Source: Minisyncoccota bacterium
Lineage (GTDB): Bacteria; Patescibacteriota; Minisyncoccia; Phycocordibacterales; SBAW01
Assembly (NCBI GenBank): GCA_035546615.1
Contig: DASZWM010000002.1
Location: 15,460-79,459, forward strand
DNA: 64,000 nt
Direction: 5' to 3'
The notes beneath the pieces are model-generated. The model had not been told where the DNA came from, searched no databases, and worked only from the letters and a program-made list of their open reading frames with translations. Numbering within the stretch: position 1 is the stretch's first letter; each line of letters opens with the position of its first letter. Shown here in pieces: positions 55,524-63,301 of the stretch. Made by a program: the position numbers and the translations under genes.

Positions 55524-55664
55524 TGCGCCCGAAGGAAGCAATGGGATTGCTTCCGGCAGGGATTCGAAAGCCGGAGCGGGACCCGCATCAGCAGATGCGG
55601 GAGCGAGGCAGGGTCGTGCGGCTAAAGTTGCGACGGCAACTTTAGAACGCCTGACCGAATCCCT
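55524..55664 (+). repeat. tRNA-linked structured element, copy C (long form, 3' of tRNA-Gln)
   Basis: hp1 is GGAAGCAAT ggg ATTGCTTCC, hp2 is CCCGCATC agca GATGCGGG, hp3 is CTAAAGTTGC gacg GCAACTTTAG. The core is near-identical to copies A and B. CAGGGATTCGAA is the exact reverse complement of the tRNA-Gln T arm. Confidence 0.8.
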
Positions 55665-55726
55665 AAGAAGTTTCTAGTTTTCTCTGTCTCTAGGCAGAAT
55701 CACTTTTTGATGGTAAATCTGTCCTG

Positions 55727-57400
55727 ATGCCGTATTCGACTGATATGTCAGTGTATTTAGATTTGGGCGGCGCTTTAGCTGCTTTTGGCCTTTTATTTAC
55801 TGTTTACCAACTTCGGCGACCAAGGTGGGAGGTAATTTTGCGAATTAGAAATAATTGGCAAAGTGATATTTTCTGGATATTAGGTTTTATAGGTTTGTTT
55901 TATGCCCTAGTTGGCGTGCTTGTATCTGAACTCCCAATTAATTCTTTCAACTTTCCGTTTAATACCCCATTACTTTACGAGGTGGCAGCGTACCTATCGT
56001 TTGTAGCTTCACCTCTGTCATTAATATATTTTGCGACCAATGACAAAAAGTTATTTAACGCAAAAACTGCAGAAACTTTCTACGAAGTAATCTTGCAAGA
56101 AATTTCTAAATCTAGTGATGTAAACCTAGATGCGGCATTGGAAATAGTCTTGAGAAACTTTAATGAAATTTGTGATGCAACTCTTCAAAATACAGATAAA
56201 GATTTGCGCTCATACGCAAGGTCAATTTTAGACGTTGTACTAAGTGACGAGTCTGTAGTAAAAGTGCTCACTACCAAGAGGCTTGATGCTTTGCAATATA
56301 TCTTTTATTTAATAAAGGAAAAGAATATCACTCGTGCTCATTCGGGGATAGGTATACCGAGAATTGTAAATAATCTTTTCTTTGACGAAAATTCCTTCCT
56401 CTATAAACAACTCGATAGAAAAGGGTTGGCACTTTCATCAAATATATACACGAGCATTTTTGAATCTCCAGTTATACTCACCAACTTTGATCTGTTTGGG
56501 TACCCGACTATCGGTTATGGAATGAGTAGAGATACTGGCAATGCTGGTATAAGAGTATTTATCAAAGCCTTATCTCTAAGCATTGAAACTTACTTTAAAA
56601 CAGGGAGCGTGCCTCCGAGGCACATTAATAATGGGTTGTCTTACTTAAGCAATATATTTGGAGGGTTGTGTGCAAAAATTGCCATCAAAGAAAATAAAGG
56701 TGTTGATACTAAATCTAGTTTAGAAGATGAGTGGTGGGGCTTACATCAAATAGCCTCCTTTTTAGGACATGATTATATTTTTCTTGCCTATGAAGAAAAA
56801 CTAAATCAGCAAGTTCTGGAAAACGAAAAAACTGCCCATGAGGCTCGATTTGGCTCAAATGCAACTATAAATGAGGGTATTGCAGCTGTTATCTATAAAG
56901 CTTTTGAGCAGCTTTCACAAATTAAAAAAACCACAGACATATATCATACAGTTCTGGAGCTCTTGCATGGAATGATGAATGAGCCTACCTACAAGGAAGG
57001 TTATAGACCGCCTTTTGAAAAGAGACTCTGGCAACAAATCGGTGCAAATGTTGCTAAACGTTATTATCCTGCCGTCGTTAGAACGTATTTAACCTTTGTT
57101 GGGTTCTGTCTTGGCGCAGATGCAAACCAACGACAAGGTTGGATTGGCGAACAAGCGGAACGTATGAGACGACTTTTGTATATTGACCTTAAGCCTTTAT
57201 TTGATAAGAATGAAAAAATGATAAATAAGGAATTTATGAAAGACGTTTTGCTCCCAGATTCCATGTCCTATAAAGATGGTAAATTTACTTATACCTCTGG
57301 ATTCGGAGAAGGTACAACCACTGAAGTAGCACCACCCCCTGAGGGTGCGACATCAGGTTTGGAAGGAATAGATTTAGAGAGTATGCCTCACTTCGTCTAG
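55727..57400 (+). CDS. ORFan membrane protein (3 N-terminal TM helices plus a ~450-aa helical domain)
   Basis: 557-aa ORF in the AT-rich island. No motif recognised. Confidence 0.65.
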   Translation: MPYSTDMSVYLDLGGALAAFGLLFTVYQLRRPRWEVILRIRNNWQSDIFWILGFIGLFYALVGVLVSELPINSFNFPFNTPLLYEVAAYLSFVASPLSLIYFATNDKKLFNAKTAETFYEVILQEISKSSDVNLDAALEIVLRNFNEICDATLQNTDKDLRSYARSILDVVLSDESVVKVLTTKRLDALQYIFYLIKEKNITRAHSGIGIPRIVNNLFFDENSFLYKQLDRKGLALSSNIYTSIFESPVILTNFDLFGYPTIGYGMSRDTGNAGIRVFIKALSLSIETYFKTGSVPPRHINNGLSYLSNIFGGLCAKIAIKENKGVDTKSSLEDEWWGLHQIASFLGHDYIFLAYEEKLNQQVLENEKTAHEARFGSNATINEGIAAVIYKAFEQLSQIKKTTDIYHTVLELLHGMMNEPTYKEGYRPPFEKRLWQQIGANVAKRYYPAVVRTYLTFVGFCLGADANQRQGWIGEQAERMRRLLYIDLKPLFDKNEKMINKEFMKDVLLPDSMSYKDGKFTYTSGFGEGTTTEVAPPPEGATSGLEGIDLESMPHFV

Positions 57401-57402
57401 AT

Positions 57403-57960
57403 ATGAATCCAAACATTTGGTTTTACACTTTTAGTACAGCAGCCCAAGTAATGGCGGCTTTGGCCGGTTTATTTGCAGTATTTGTTGTATATAAGATTCA
57501 AGATTTTAGTCAGCTTATAAAAGACGCCCGCTCTAGTCTGTCCCGGTTGATTCCATACAATTCAGCGAATACGGGCGGAGATACAATCTCTAAGCAGGAA
57601 GTATTAGATATGACTGATAGAGAATTGGTTACTACGCTTGCCGAGTTGTTAGTACTTGAGACATCTCAGAATGGAGCGTTCTTTAGCGGACATTCAGAAA
57701 CTATAGATGGCACAACGATAGCTGTAAACTCGAATACCTACGACTATTTCGCAGCCCTTGTTGATAAAAAGGAAAGAATACTAAAACGTCTGATTTTTGT
57801 CTTGGGTTTAAGTTTAGGAACTATTTGTGTTTGTCTAGTATCATTGGTGCTAATTGACGTGTTATCAAAGTTTGAGTGGTTTATTTGGATGTGTTTGGCT
57901 TTATTTATATACACCCTTTGGACAATCGGAATGGATATTTACAAGATAACCCTAGAGTAA
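57403..57960 (+). CDS. ORFan membrane protein (1 N-terminal and 2 C-terminal TM helices)
   Basis: 185 aa, starting 3 nt after the previous stop. The N-terminal helix MAALAGLFAVFVVYKI resembles that of the 557-aa protein (LAAFGLLFTVYQL). Confidence 0.6.
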   Translation: MNPNIWFYTFSTAAQVMAALAGLFAVFVVYKIQDFSQLIKDARSSLSRLIPYNSANTGGDTISKQEVLDMTDRELVTTLAELLVLETSQNGAFFSGHSETIDGTTIAVNSNTYDYFAALVDKKERILKRLIFVLGLSLGTICVCLVSLVLIDVLSKFEWFIWMCLALFIYTLWTIGMDIYKITLE

Positions 57961-57969
57961 TCTTTCTCT

Positions 57970-58293
57970 ATGAAAGGAATAATTATCGAAAATAGTCTCA
58001 AAGACAAAAGTATTATCACCGAAGCTGAAATTATTCGAACTTGGGAAGATGGAAGTTGGAAGTTGCGGGAGGTAAAAGTTTCAACAGAATGGGCTGAAAA
58101 ATTTGGAGGATACTTAAATGATGGACCCTGGTATGTTCACTTTTGGGAATCCGACAGCGACGATGTACTAGTAGTATTTAAAGACAAAAGCTTCTGGATC
58201 AAACATTCGGACAAGAATACTTGGCAAGATGCTATTGCTCATGGAAAGTCGTTACATATACCCGTGGAGCAATTAGACTTTCCTATTGATTGA
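57970..58293 (+). CDS. small soluble ORFan protein
   Basis: 107 aa, Trp/Asp-rich, same operon-like spacing. Confidence 0.5.
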   Translation: MKGIIIENSLKDKSIITEAEIIRTWEDGSWKLREVKVSTEWAEKFGGYLNDGPWYVHFWESDSDDVLVVFKDKSFWIKHSDKNTWQDAIAHGKSLHIPVEQLDFPID

Positions 58294-58331
58294 GATTTCG
58301 ATTTCTCCCTTTTATATTATATAATCAAGAT

Positions 58332-58715
58332 ATGAAGTATTTGCTAATCACGGCTTTATTTTTGGTTGTCTTTGTGTTTGCTACTCCAGCAAAGGCCGCA
58401 CCATTAACCCAATCCCAAGTAAATGCAATAATTACTATTATGCAGTCTTTCGGTGTAGATAGTGCTACGATTTTAAATATCAAAACAACACTCTCTAATT
58501 CGACTTCCGCTAAGGTAGAATCCGTCGTCAAAACTACTTTTAAAGGAGTTCCTACCTACGCACAAGTGAAAAGAGAGTTAGCAAAATCACGCAATAAGGA
58601 GGTGACTTATATGGAGAATGGATGTGTATACTCAATAAACCATTTAGTGAGTGAACATATTTTCAAAACACGCGATATGAGTATTCGCGATCTTGCATCT
58701 GGAGCAAGTTGTTAG
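58332..58715 (+). CDS. secreted ORFan protein
   Basis: Signal peptide MKYLLITALFLVVFVFATPAKA/AP. Start is the internal ATG of ORF 58290..58715. Confidence 0.5.
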   Translation: MKYLLITALFLVVFVFATPAKAAPLTQSQVNAIITIMQSFGVDSATILNIKTTLSNSTSAKVESVVKTTFKGVPTYAQVKRELAKSRNKEVTYMENGCVYSINHLVSEHIFKTRDMSIRDLASGASC

Positions 58716-58758
58716 TGCTCCTTGGTGTATAAAGTTTAAAAATATAGTTAATCTTCTC

Positions 58759-59241
58759 TTACCCCCGTCGCGCCGCATCAATAGCGGCAACGTCGAGCTT
58801 TTTCATCGTCATCATCGCGTCAAACGCGCGTTTTGCCTCATCGCCGCCCTTGGCAAGTGCTTCGGTCAGCGTGCGCGGCGTTATTTGCCACGATACTCCC
58901 CAGCGGTCCTTGCACCAGCCGCACTCGCTCTCCTGGCCGCCGTTTCCGACGATGGCATTCCAGTAGCGGTCCGTCTCTTCCTGATCGTCCGTCGCTATCT
59001 GGAAGGAAAACGCCTCGCTTTGCTTGAAATACGAGCCGCCGTTAATGCCCATGCAAGGAATCCCGCAGACCGTGAACTCTACCGAGAGCACGTCGCCTTT
59101 CTTGCCCGACGGGAAATCGGCAGGCGCATGGAAGACGCCCGTTACCTTGCTGTCGGGGAACGTAGCGGCATAGAAATTCGCCGCCCCTTCCGCATCCTTA
59201 TCAAACCAGAGGCAAATAGTGTTTTTTGGTATCATATACAT
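58759..59241 (-). CDS. VOC/glyoxalase-fold protein (PhnB / 3-demethylubiquinone methyltransferase-like domain)
   Basis: ICLWFDKDAEGAANFYAATFPDS..., FSFQIATDDQEETDRYWNAI, CGWCKDRWGVSWQI. Confidence 0.75.
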   Translation of the reverse strand: MYMIPKNTICLWFDKDAEGAANFYAATFPDSKVTGVFHAPADFPSGKKGDVLSVEFTVCGIPCMGINGGSYFKQSEAFSFQIATDDQEETDRYWNAIVGNGGQESECGWCKDRWGVSWQITPRTLTEALAKGGDEAKRAFDAMMTMKKLDVAAIDAARRG

Positions 59242-59341
59242 ATATTTTATAGCACCTCAGGATAATCTACAAAATAAGCGGAGGCTCCGGAAAAGGCCCG
59301 ACATCGTCCCAGAGGATCCATCCTTTGCTATACTGGCCACT

Positions 59342-59695
59342 ATGAAGGCTTTGATAAGACGCCTCTCACACCCGTTTCGCGGGCTTAAGTACGCCCTTAT
59401 GCACGATTTCGCCGTACGCTTCGAAGTATTTGTCTTCGGGGGAATCGGCCTGCCGGCTGCGTACTTCTTTTTCGGGCCGTTTTCAGCGCGCGAAATGCTG
59501 CTGCTCATATTCTGCTGGTTTTTTGTGGTAGTGGCGGAACTGCAGAATTCGGCTATCGAAGTTGCCCTCGACAAGATTCATCCCGAACGCCATGAGGCGA
59601 TTGGCCGTAGCAAAGACCTGGCTGCAGCGGCCGTGGTGTGGGCGTCGTTTTTCGGCATTATAAGTTTTATTTTTGTAGTGACCGGATTGATCTAA
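59342..59695 (+). CDS. dgkA: diacylglycerol kinase family membrane protein
   Basis: FRGLKYALMHDFAVRFE, VVVAELQNSAIEVALD, three TM helices. Start is the internal ATG of ORF 59219..59695. Confidence 0.8.
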   Translation: MKALIRRLSHPFRGLKYALMHDFAVRFEVFVFGGIGLPAAYFFFGPFSAREMLLLIFCWFFVVVAELQNSAIEVALDKIHPERHEAIGRSKDLAAAAVVWASFFGIISFIFVVTGLI

Positions 59696-59701
59696 AGGAG
59701 T

Positions 59702-59953
59702 ATGACTACCCAAAAAATCGCCGGAGGCGTGGTTCACACCATGCCGGACGACTTGCGAAAGGCGATTGCCTCGGTGCCTGCGGCGCTGGCCGTGTGGGAG
59801 GACGTCACGCCGCTGGCGCGCAACGAGTGGATCTGCTGGGTCATCTCCGGCAAAAAAACGGAGACGAGAAGCATTCGCATCAAGAAGGCGATATCGAAGA
59901 TGAAGAGCGGCATGCGCAGGCCTTGCTGCTGGGCGGGCTGTCCGCATCGGTAA
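59702..59953 (+). CDS. YdeI/OmpD-associated family protein
   Basis: MPDDLRKAI...AVWEDVTPLARNEWICWVISGKKTETRSIRIKKAISKM. Confidence 0.65.
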   Translation: MTTQKIAGGVVHTMPDDLRKAIASVPAALAVWEDVTPLARNEWICWVISGKKTETRSIRIKKAISKMKSGMRRPCCWAGCPHR

Positions 59954-60054
59954 AATCTGCGCGAGGATATACACGCTCGGAAGGTATCTATAGACATTTT
60001 ATAAATTCCATTGTAGAGTACTCCCTGGATTGAAATACAAGATGGGAGCGAAGG

Positions 60055-60804
60055 ATGTATCTACCGACACAACCGGTTTTGGCTTCTCGCGTGATTAGGG
60101 GAATGGGCGGCGTGGGCAACTACGAGCTCTACCCCAGCAACGGCTCATACCTGCGTACGCCGGAGGGGAAGATGCTCCGCAAGGCGCCTCTCAAAAAGTG
60201 GCTCGCCTATATGTTCGAGACCGACAGCGGAATATACCGCGGAGCGATAACGGATACGATCCTTGTCGAGCGCATCATGGAGTACATGGCGCGCTATCAT
60301 GGCAAGCATTTCACGAACTGCTCCGCGCTCGCGCACTTTCTGACCACCGGCGAGTTCGTCGAATGCTCGGAAGATCGAGGCCTGCTGGTTGCCGAACAGG
60401 GCATGCGCCTCTATACAGGCCAGACGGTCGGCGTAGGAGACATGCTGTGCATCTTCTATGCGAATGAGCGCCGCTTACGGTCCCGCAAGGAGCCGTGGCG
60501 CAGGCTCTACTTGAATTCGCAAAAGGGCCGGCATGAAGACGGGCGGTTCAGTCACGGATGCGTGCCGGCGCAGAAAGTCTTCACTGCGCAGGACCTGCAC
60601 AAAATCCAAAAGGACTATCGCGTCGACGACTATCACTTTCTCGTGTGCGTCGCGAAGCATAACGGCGAGCCCGTTTGGATCGCGCAGTGGGGCTATTCTC
60701 GCCCTAATGAGGCGCCCGCCTCGCTGGTGCTTACGGTGGGAGAGCATGACGGCTACCATATCCGTACGCCATTCCTAGTGTTCATCAAGAAACGCAGGAA
60801 CTGA
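60055..60804 (+). CDS. hypothetical protein
   Basis: 249-aa ORF at backbone G+C. No family recognised. Confidence 0.45.
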   Translation: MYLPTQPVLASRVIRGMGGVGNYELYPSNGSYLRTPEGKMLRKAPLKKWLAYMFETDSGIYRGAITDTILVERIMEYMARYHGKHFTNCSALAHFLTTGEFVECSEDRGLLVAEQGMRLYTGQTVGVGDMLCIFYANERRLRSRKEPWRRLYLNSQKGRHEDGRFSHGCVPAQKVFTAQDLHKIQKDYRVDDYHFLVCVAKHNGEPVWIAQWGYSRPNEAPASLVLTVGEHDGYHIRTPFLVFIKKRRN

Positions 60805-60858
60805 AGATCTTGAAGCGTTGGCGGCCGCGCAAGCGGCTGCCATTTCTTTTTTACGTAC

Positions 60859-61365
60859 TTACTTAGCCAGTTGTTTGTATTCCCGAAAGAGCAGTGTACA
60901 CGCCGCGGCCACGCCCGCAAAAATAGCCGCCGTGCCGGTTGCATACAGCGTGCCGGCTACTTGCGGCGTCCAGTACAAAAAGTTAGTCGTGCTCAGCAGG
61001 TAGTGCCAGTCGTGCATCACGCCATCGCCGCCCAGAAGCGGCAGCTGCATGGCAAGGGCATCGCCGGCGTATATGGAGACGTTCACCAAGCTTTGACCCG
61101 CCCACATGAGGCACACGGCCGCGGAGAGCTTTTGGCCGGTGTAGAAAAAATATCCGGCTAGGAACGCGGGGAGGGCAACCTGAAAACCGGAACCCATCAG
61201 GACATGGATGAACTGCCCGAAGAATATGAATATAGCGTGGCCGGCCTCGTGGAAGATAAGGTTGGCGCCGTCGATAAAGTGCCATTGCGCGGGCGTTGCG
61301 GCGCAGCGCAGAAAATATATGCTTGCGAGCGCGACTCCGGCCGCCCGGGCGTACCAGGAATTCAT
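60859..61365 (-). CDS. integral membrane protein with HExxH motif (putative intramembrane metalloprotease)
   Basis: LIFHEAGHAIFIFFG within a multi-TM protein. Confidence 0.5.
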   Translation of the reverse strand: MNSWYARAAGVALASIYFLRCAATPAQWHFIDGANLIFHEAGHAIFIFFGQFIHVLMGSGFQVALPAFLAGYFFYTGQKLSAAVCLMWAGQSLVNVSIYAGDALAMQLPLLGGDGVMHDWHYLLSTTNFLYWTPQVAGTLYATGTAAIFAGVAAACTLLFREYKQLAK

Positions 61366-61396
61366 GCTGGTAGTATACTTCCTCTAAAAAACGTAC

Positions 61397-61436
61397 GAAA
61401 AAGCGCCGCTTACTGAGAAGGTGAGCGGCGCTTTTT
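61397..61436. terminator. bidirectional terminator
   Basis: AAAAAGCGCCGCTTAC tgagaag GTGAGCGGCGCTTTTT. Confidence 0.7.
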
Positions 61437-61455
61437 AGCAATTCAGAACAAGTGG

Positions 61456-61920
61456 TCAGGCTACTGCGATGGCGAGCGACTGAGGCATGCGGCCTCCTAT
61501 GCGCACATTCTCACCGCCGGCCGATTGCAGTTTCTCCAGGAACGGAAGGTACCAGAGCAGCCACACGACGTCTGCAGGGCTGTCGATGTATCCTTCAAAC
61601 GCGTCGGCAACCTGTGCAGGTAACGGGGCAGAAGCCGGCATCGTACGCAAGCCGTCGGTTCCGGTCCTCACAAACGCGCCGAACTGGCCGATAATAGTCA
61701 GTACGAATTCCTCGTCCGGATTCAGGCTGCCACCGGCATACCATACGCTTTTCAGCGTTCCGTCGAGGAATAGGCGAGCTATCGCGGCCCGTTTCTGCGA
61801 AGGCCAGCCGTGCTTTAGGCCAATCCTTATCAGATGCGCATGATACGGCAGCCAAATGGCCAAGAACCAGAAAGCGGCTAAGCCTCCGCAGATCAGCAGG
61901 CAAATTTTCCAAAGAGACAT
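61456..61920 (-). CDS. membrane-anchored hypothetical protein
   Basis: N-terminal TM helix ICLLICGGLAAFWFLAIW, followed by a terminator. Confidence 0.45.
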   Translation of the reverse strand: MSLWKICLLICGGLAAFWFLAIWLPYHAHLIRIGLKHGWPSQKRAAIARLFLDGTLKSVWYAGGSLNPDEEFVLTIIGQFGAFVRTGTDGLRTMPASAPLPAQVADAFEGYIDSPADVVWLLWYLPFLEKLQSAGGENVRIGGRMPQSLAIAVA

Positions 61921-62023
61921 GTCGCGTCCTCCGTGCTATCCAGGCGCGATTAAACCATACAAATCAGCCTAACAAAAGCAATACCCTCGCTTCTTTCTTT
62001 TGCTACAATAGCCCCACTATCCA

Positions 62024-63289
62024 ATGCCCCAAAAAAATTCATACGATGTCATAGTGGTGGGCGGCGGGGCCTCGGGCCTTATGGCCGCGGGCCGGGCCGC
62101 GGAGCGGGGGTTCAAAGTGCTTTTGTTGGAGAAAAATCGCAAAGTGGGGGAGAAGCTCAGGATAACCGGCGGGGGGCGGTGCAATATCACGAATGCCGAG
62201 GAAGACGCGCAGGCGCTTTTGCGCGCGTACGGCAAGGCGGAGCAGTTTCTGTACTCGCCGTTCTCGCAATTCGGCGTGAAGGATACGTTCGCGTTTTTCG
62301 AATCGCGGGGATTGCCGCTTGTCGTGCAGGCCCGCAAACGCGCGTTCCCAAAGAGCGAGAAAGCGGCAGATGTCCTCGCGGTGCTCGAGAAATACACGAA
62401 AGATGGCGGGGTAATTTTCAAAACTGGTTCTCCGGTGACGGAAGTGCACGCGGCAGGAGAAGGAATCACGGGTATTTCCTGCGGCAAGGAAACATACGCC
62501 GCTTCCAACTATATTTTCGCGACCGGCAGCGTATCGCACCCGGAGACCGGCTCAAGCGGCGACGGGCTCAAGTGGCTCACTCAGCTTGGGCACACGGTAG
62601 AAGAGCCCACTGCGGCAATCGTGCCGCTTGCGGTGAAAGAAGACTGGAGCAAGGCGCTTGCGGGCACGACTATCTCGGGCATGAAATTGACGTTTTTCGT
62701 AGAAGGTAAAAAGGCGTTTTCTGAAACGGGCGGGCTTTTATTCACTCACTTCGGCCTTTCAGGGCCGCTTGTCCTCAATAGCGCGCATAAAGTCGCGGAC
62801 TTGCTTCATGGCGGGGTGGTGACCGCAGCCATAGACCTCTACCCGCAGACCGACTTGGGGGCGCTTGAGAAAAAGATACTCGCGGCGTTCGATGCGAACA
62901 AGAACAAGGCGCTCAAGAATGTCGTGAAGGAATTCGTACCGGAAGGAACGCACAAGGGCGTTGCGATGCTCATCGCCGCGCAAACGGATATCGAGAAAAA
63001 AGTGCATCTCGTGAGCCGCGCTGAGCGCAAGCAGATGGCGAGGCTGCTCAAAGCCCTGCCGCTCACTATCGTGGGGCTCATGGGGTTCGATAGGGCGGTC
63101 ATCGCCGACGGCGGCGTCGTGCTTGAGGAAGTGGACACGCGCACGATGCGCTCCAAAAAAGTGCCGAACTTGTACGTGACCGGCGATTTGCTGCATATCA
63201 ACCGGCCTTCAGGCGGCTACAGCCTCCAGCTGTGCTGGTCCACCGGCTTCGTGGCAGGGGACCATGTCGGGGAGAAAGAGCCTCTCTGA
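62024..63289 (+). CDS. NAD(P)/FAD-dependent oxidoreductase, HI0933/BaiN-like
   Basis: YDVIVVGGGASGLMAAGRAAERG, ITGGGRCNITN, YVTGDLLHINRPSGGYSLQ. Confidence 0.85.
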   Translation: MPQKNSYDVIVVGGGASGLMAAGRAAERGFKVLLLEKNRKVGEKLRITGGGRCNITNAEEDAQALLRAYGKAEQFLYSPFSQFGVKDTFAFFESRGLPLVVQARKRAFPKSEKAADVLAVLEKYTKDGGVIFKTGSPVTEVHAAGEGITGISCGKETYAASNYIFATGSVSHPETGSSGDGLKWLTQLGHTVEEPTAAIVPLAVKEDWSKALAGTTISGMKLTFFVEGKKAFSETGGLLFTHFGLSGPLVLNSAHKVADLLHGGVVTAAIDLYPQTDLGALEKKILAAFDANKNKALKNVVKEFVPEGTHKGVAMLIAAQTDIEKKVHLVSRAERKQMARLLKALPLTIVGLMGFDRAVIADGGVVLEEVDTRTMRSKKVPNLYVTGDLLHINRPSGGYSLQLCWSTGFVAGDHVGEKEPL

Positions 63290-63301
63290 TACAATGGATA
63301 G

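Noticed and set aside
55361-55645. ORFs 55361..55645(+) and 31975..32229(-) share the peptide IRKPER.PH.QMRERGRVV, hinting at a conserved small protein.
   Set aside because: The similarity is a by-product of the conserved nucleotide core of the tRNA-linked element. The third long copy (24302-24447) is read in a different frame, the hairpin stems vary with compensatory changes that alter the peptide, and the ORFs run across tRNA genes.
58762-58774. CCCCGTCGCGCC at the right edge of the AT-rich island resembles the missing tRNA-Gln 3' segment CCCTGTCGGGCA, suggesting a possible attR.
   Set aside because: Only 9 of 12 positions match. The sequence lies inside the C-terminal codons of the convergent VOC gene (...AARRG*), so it is most likely coincidence.
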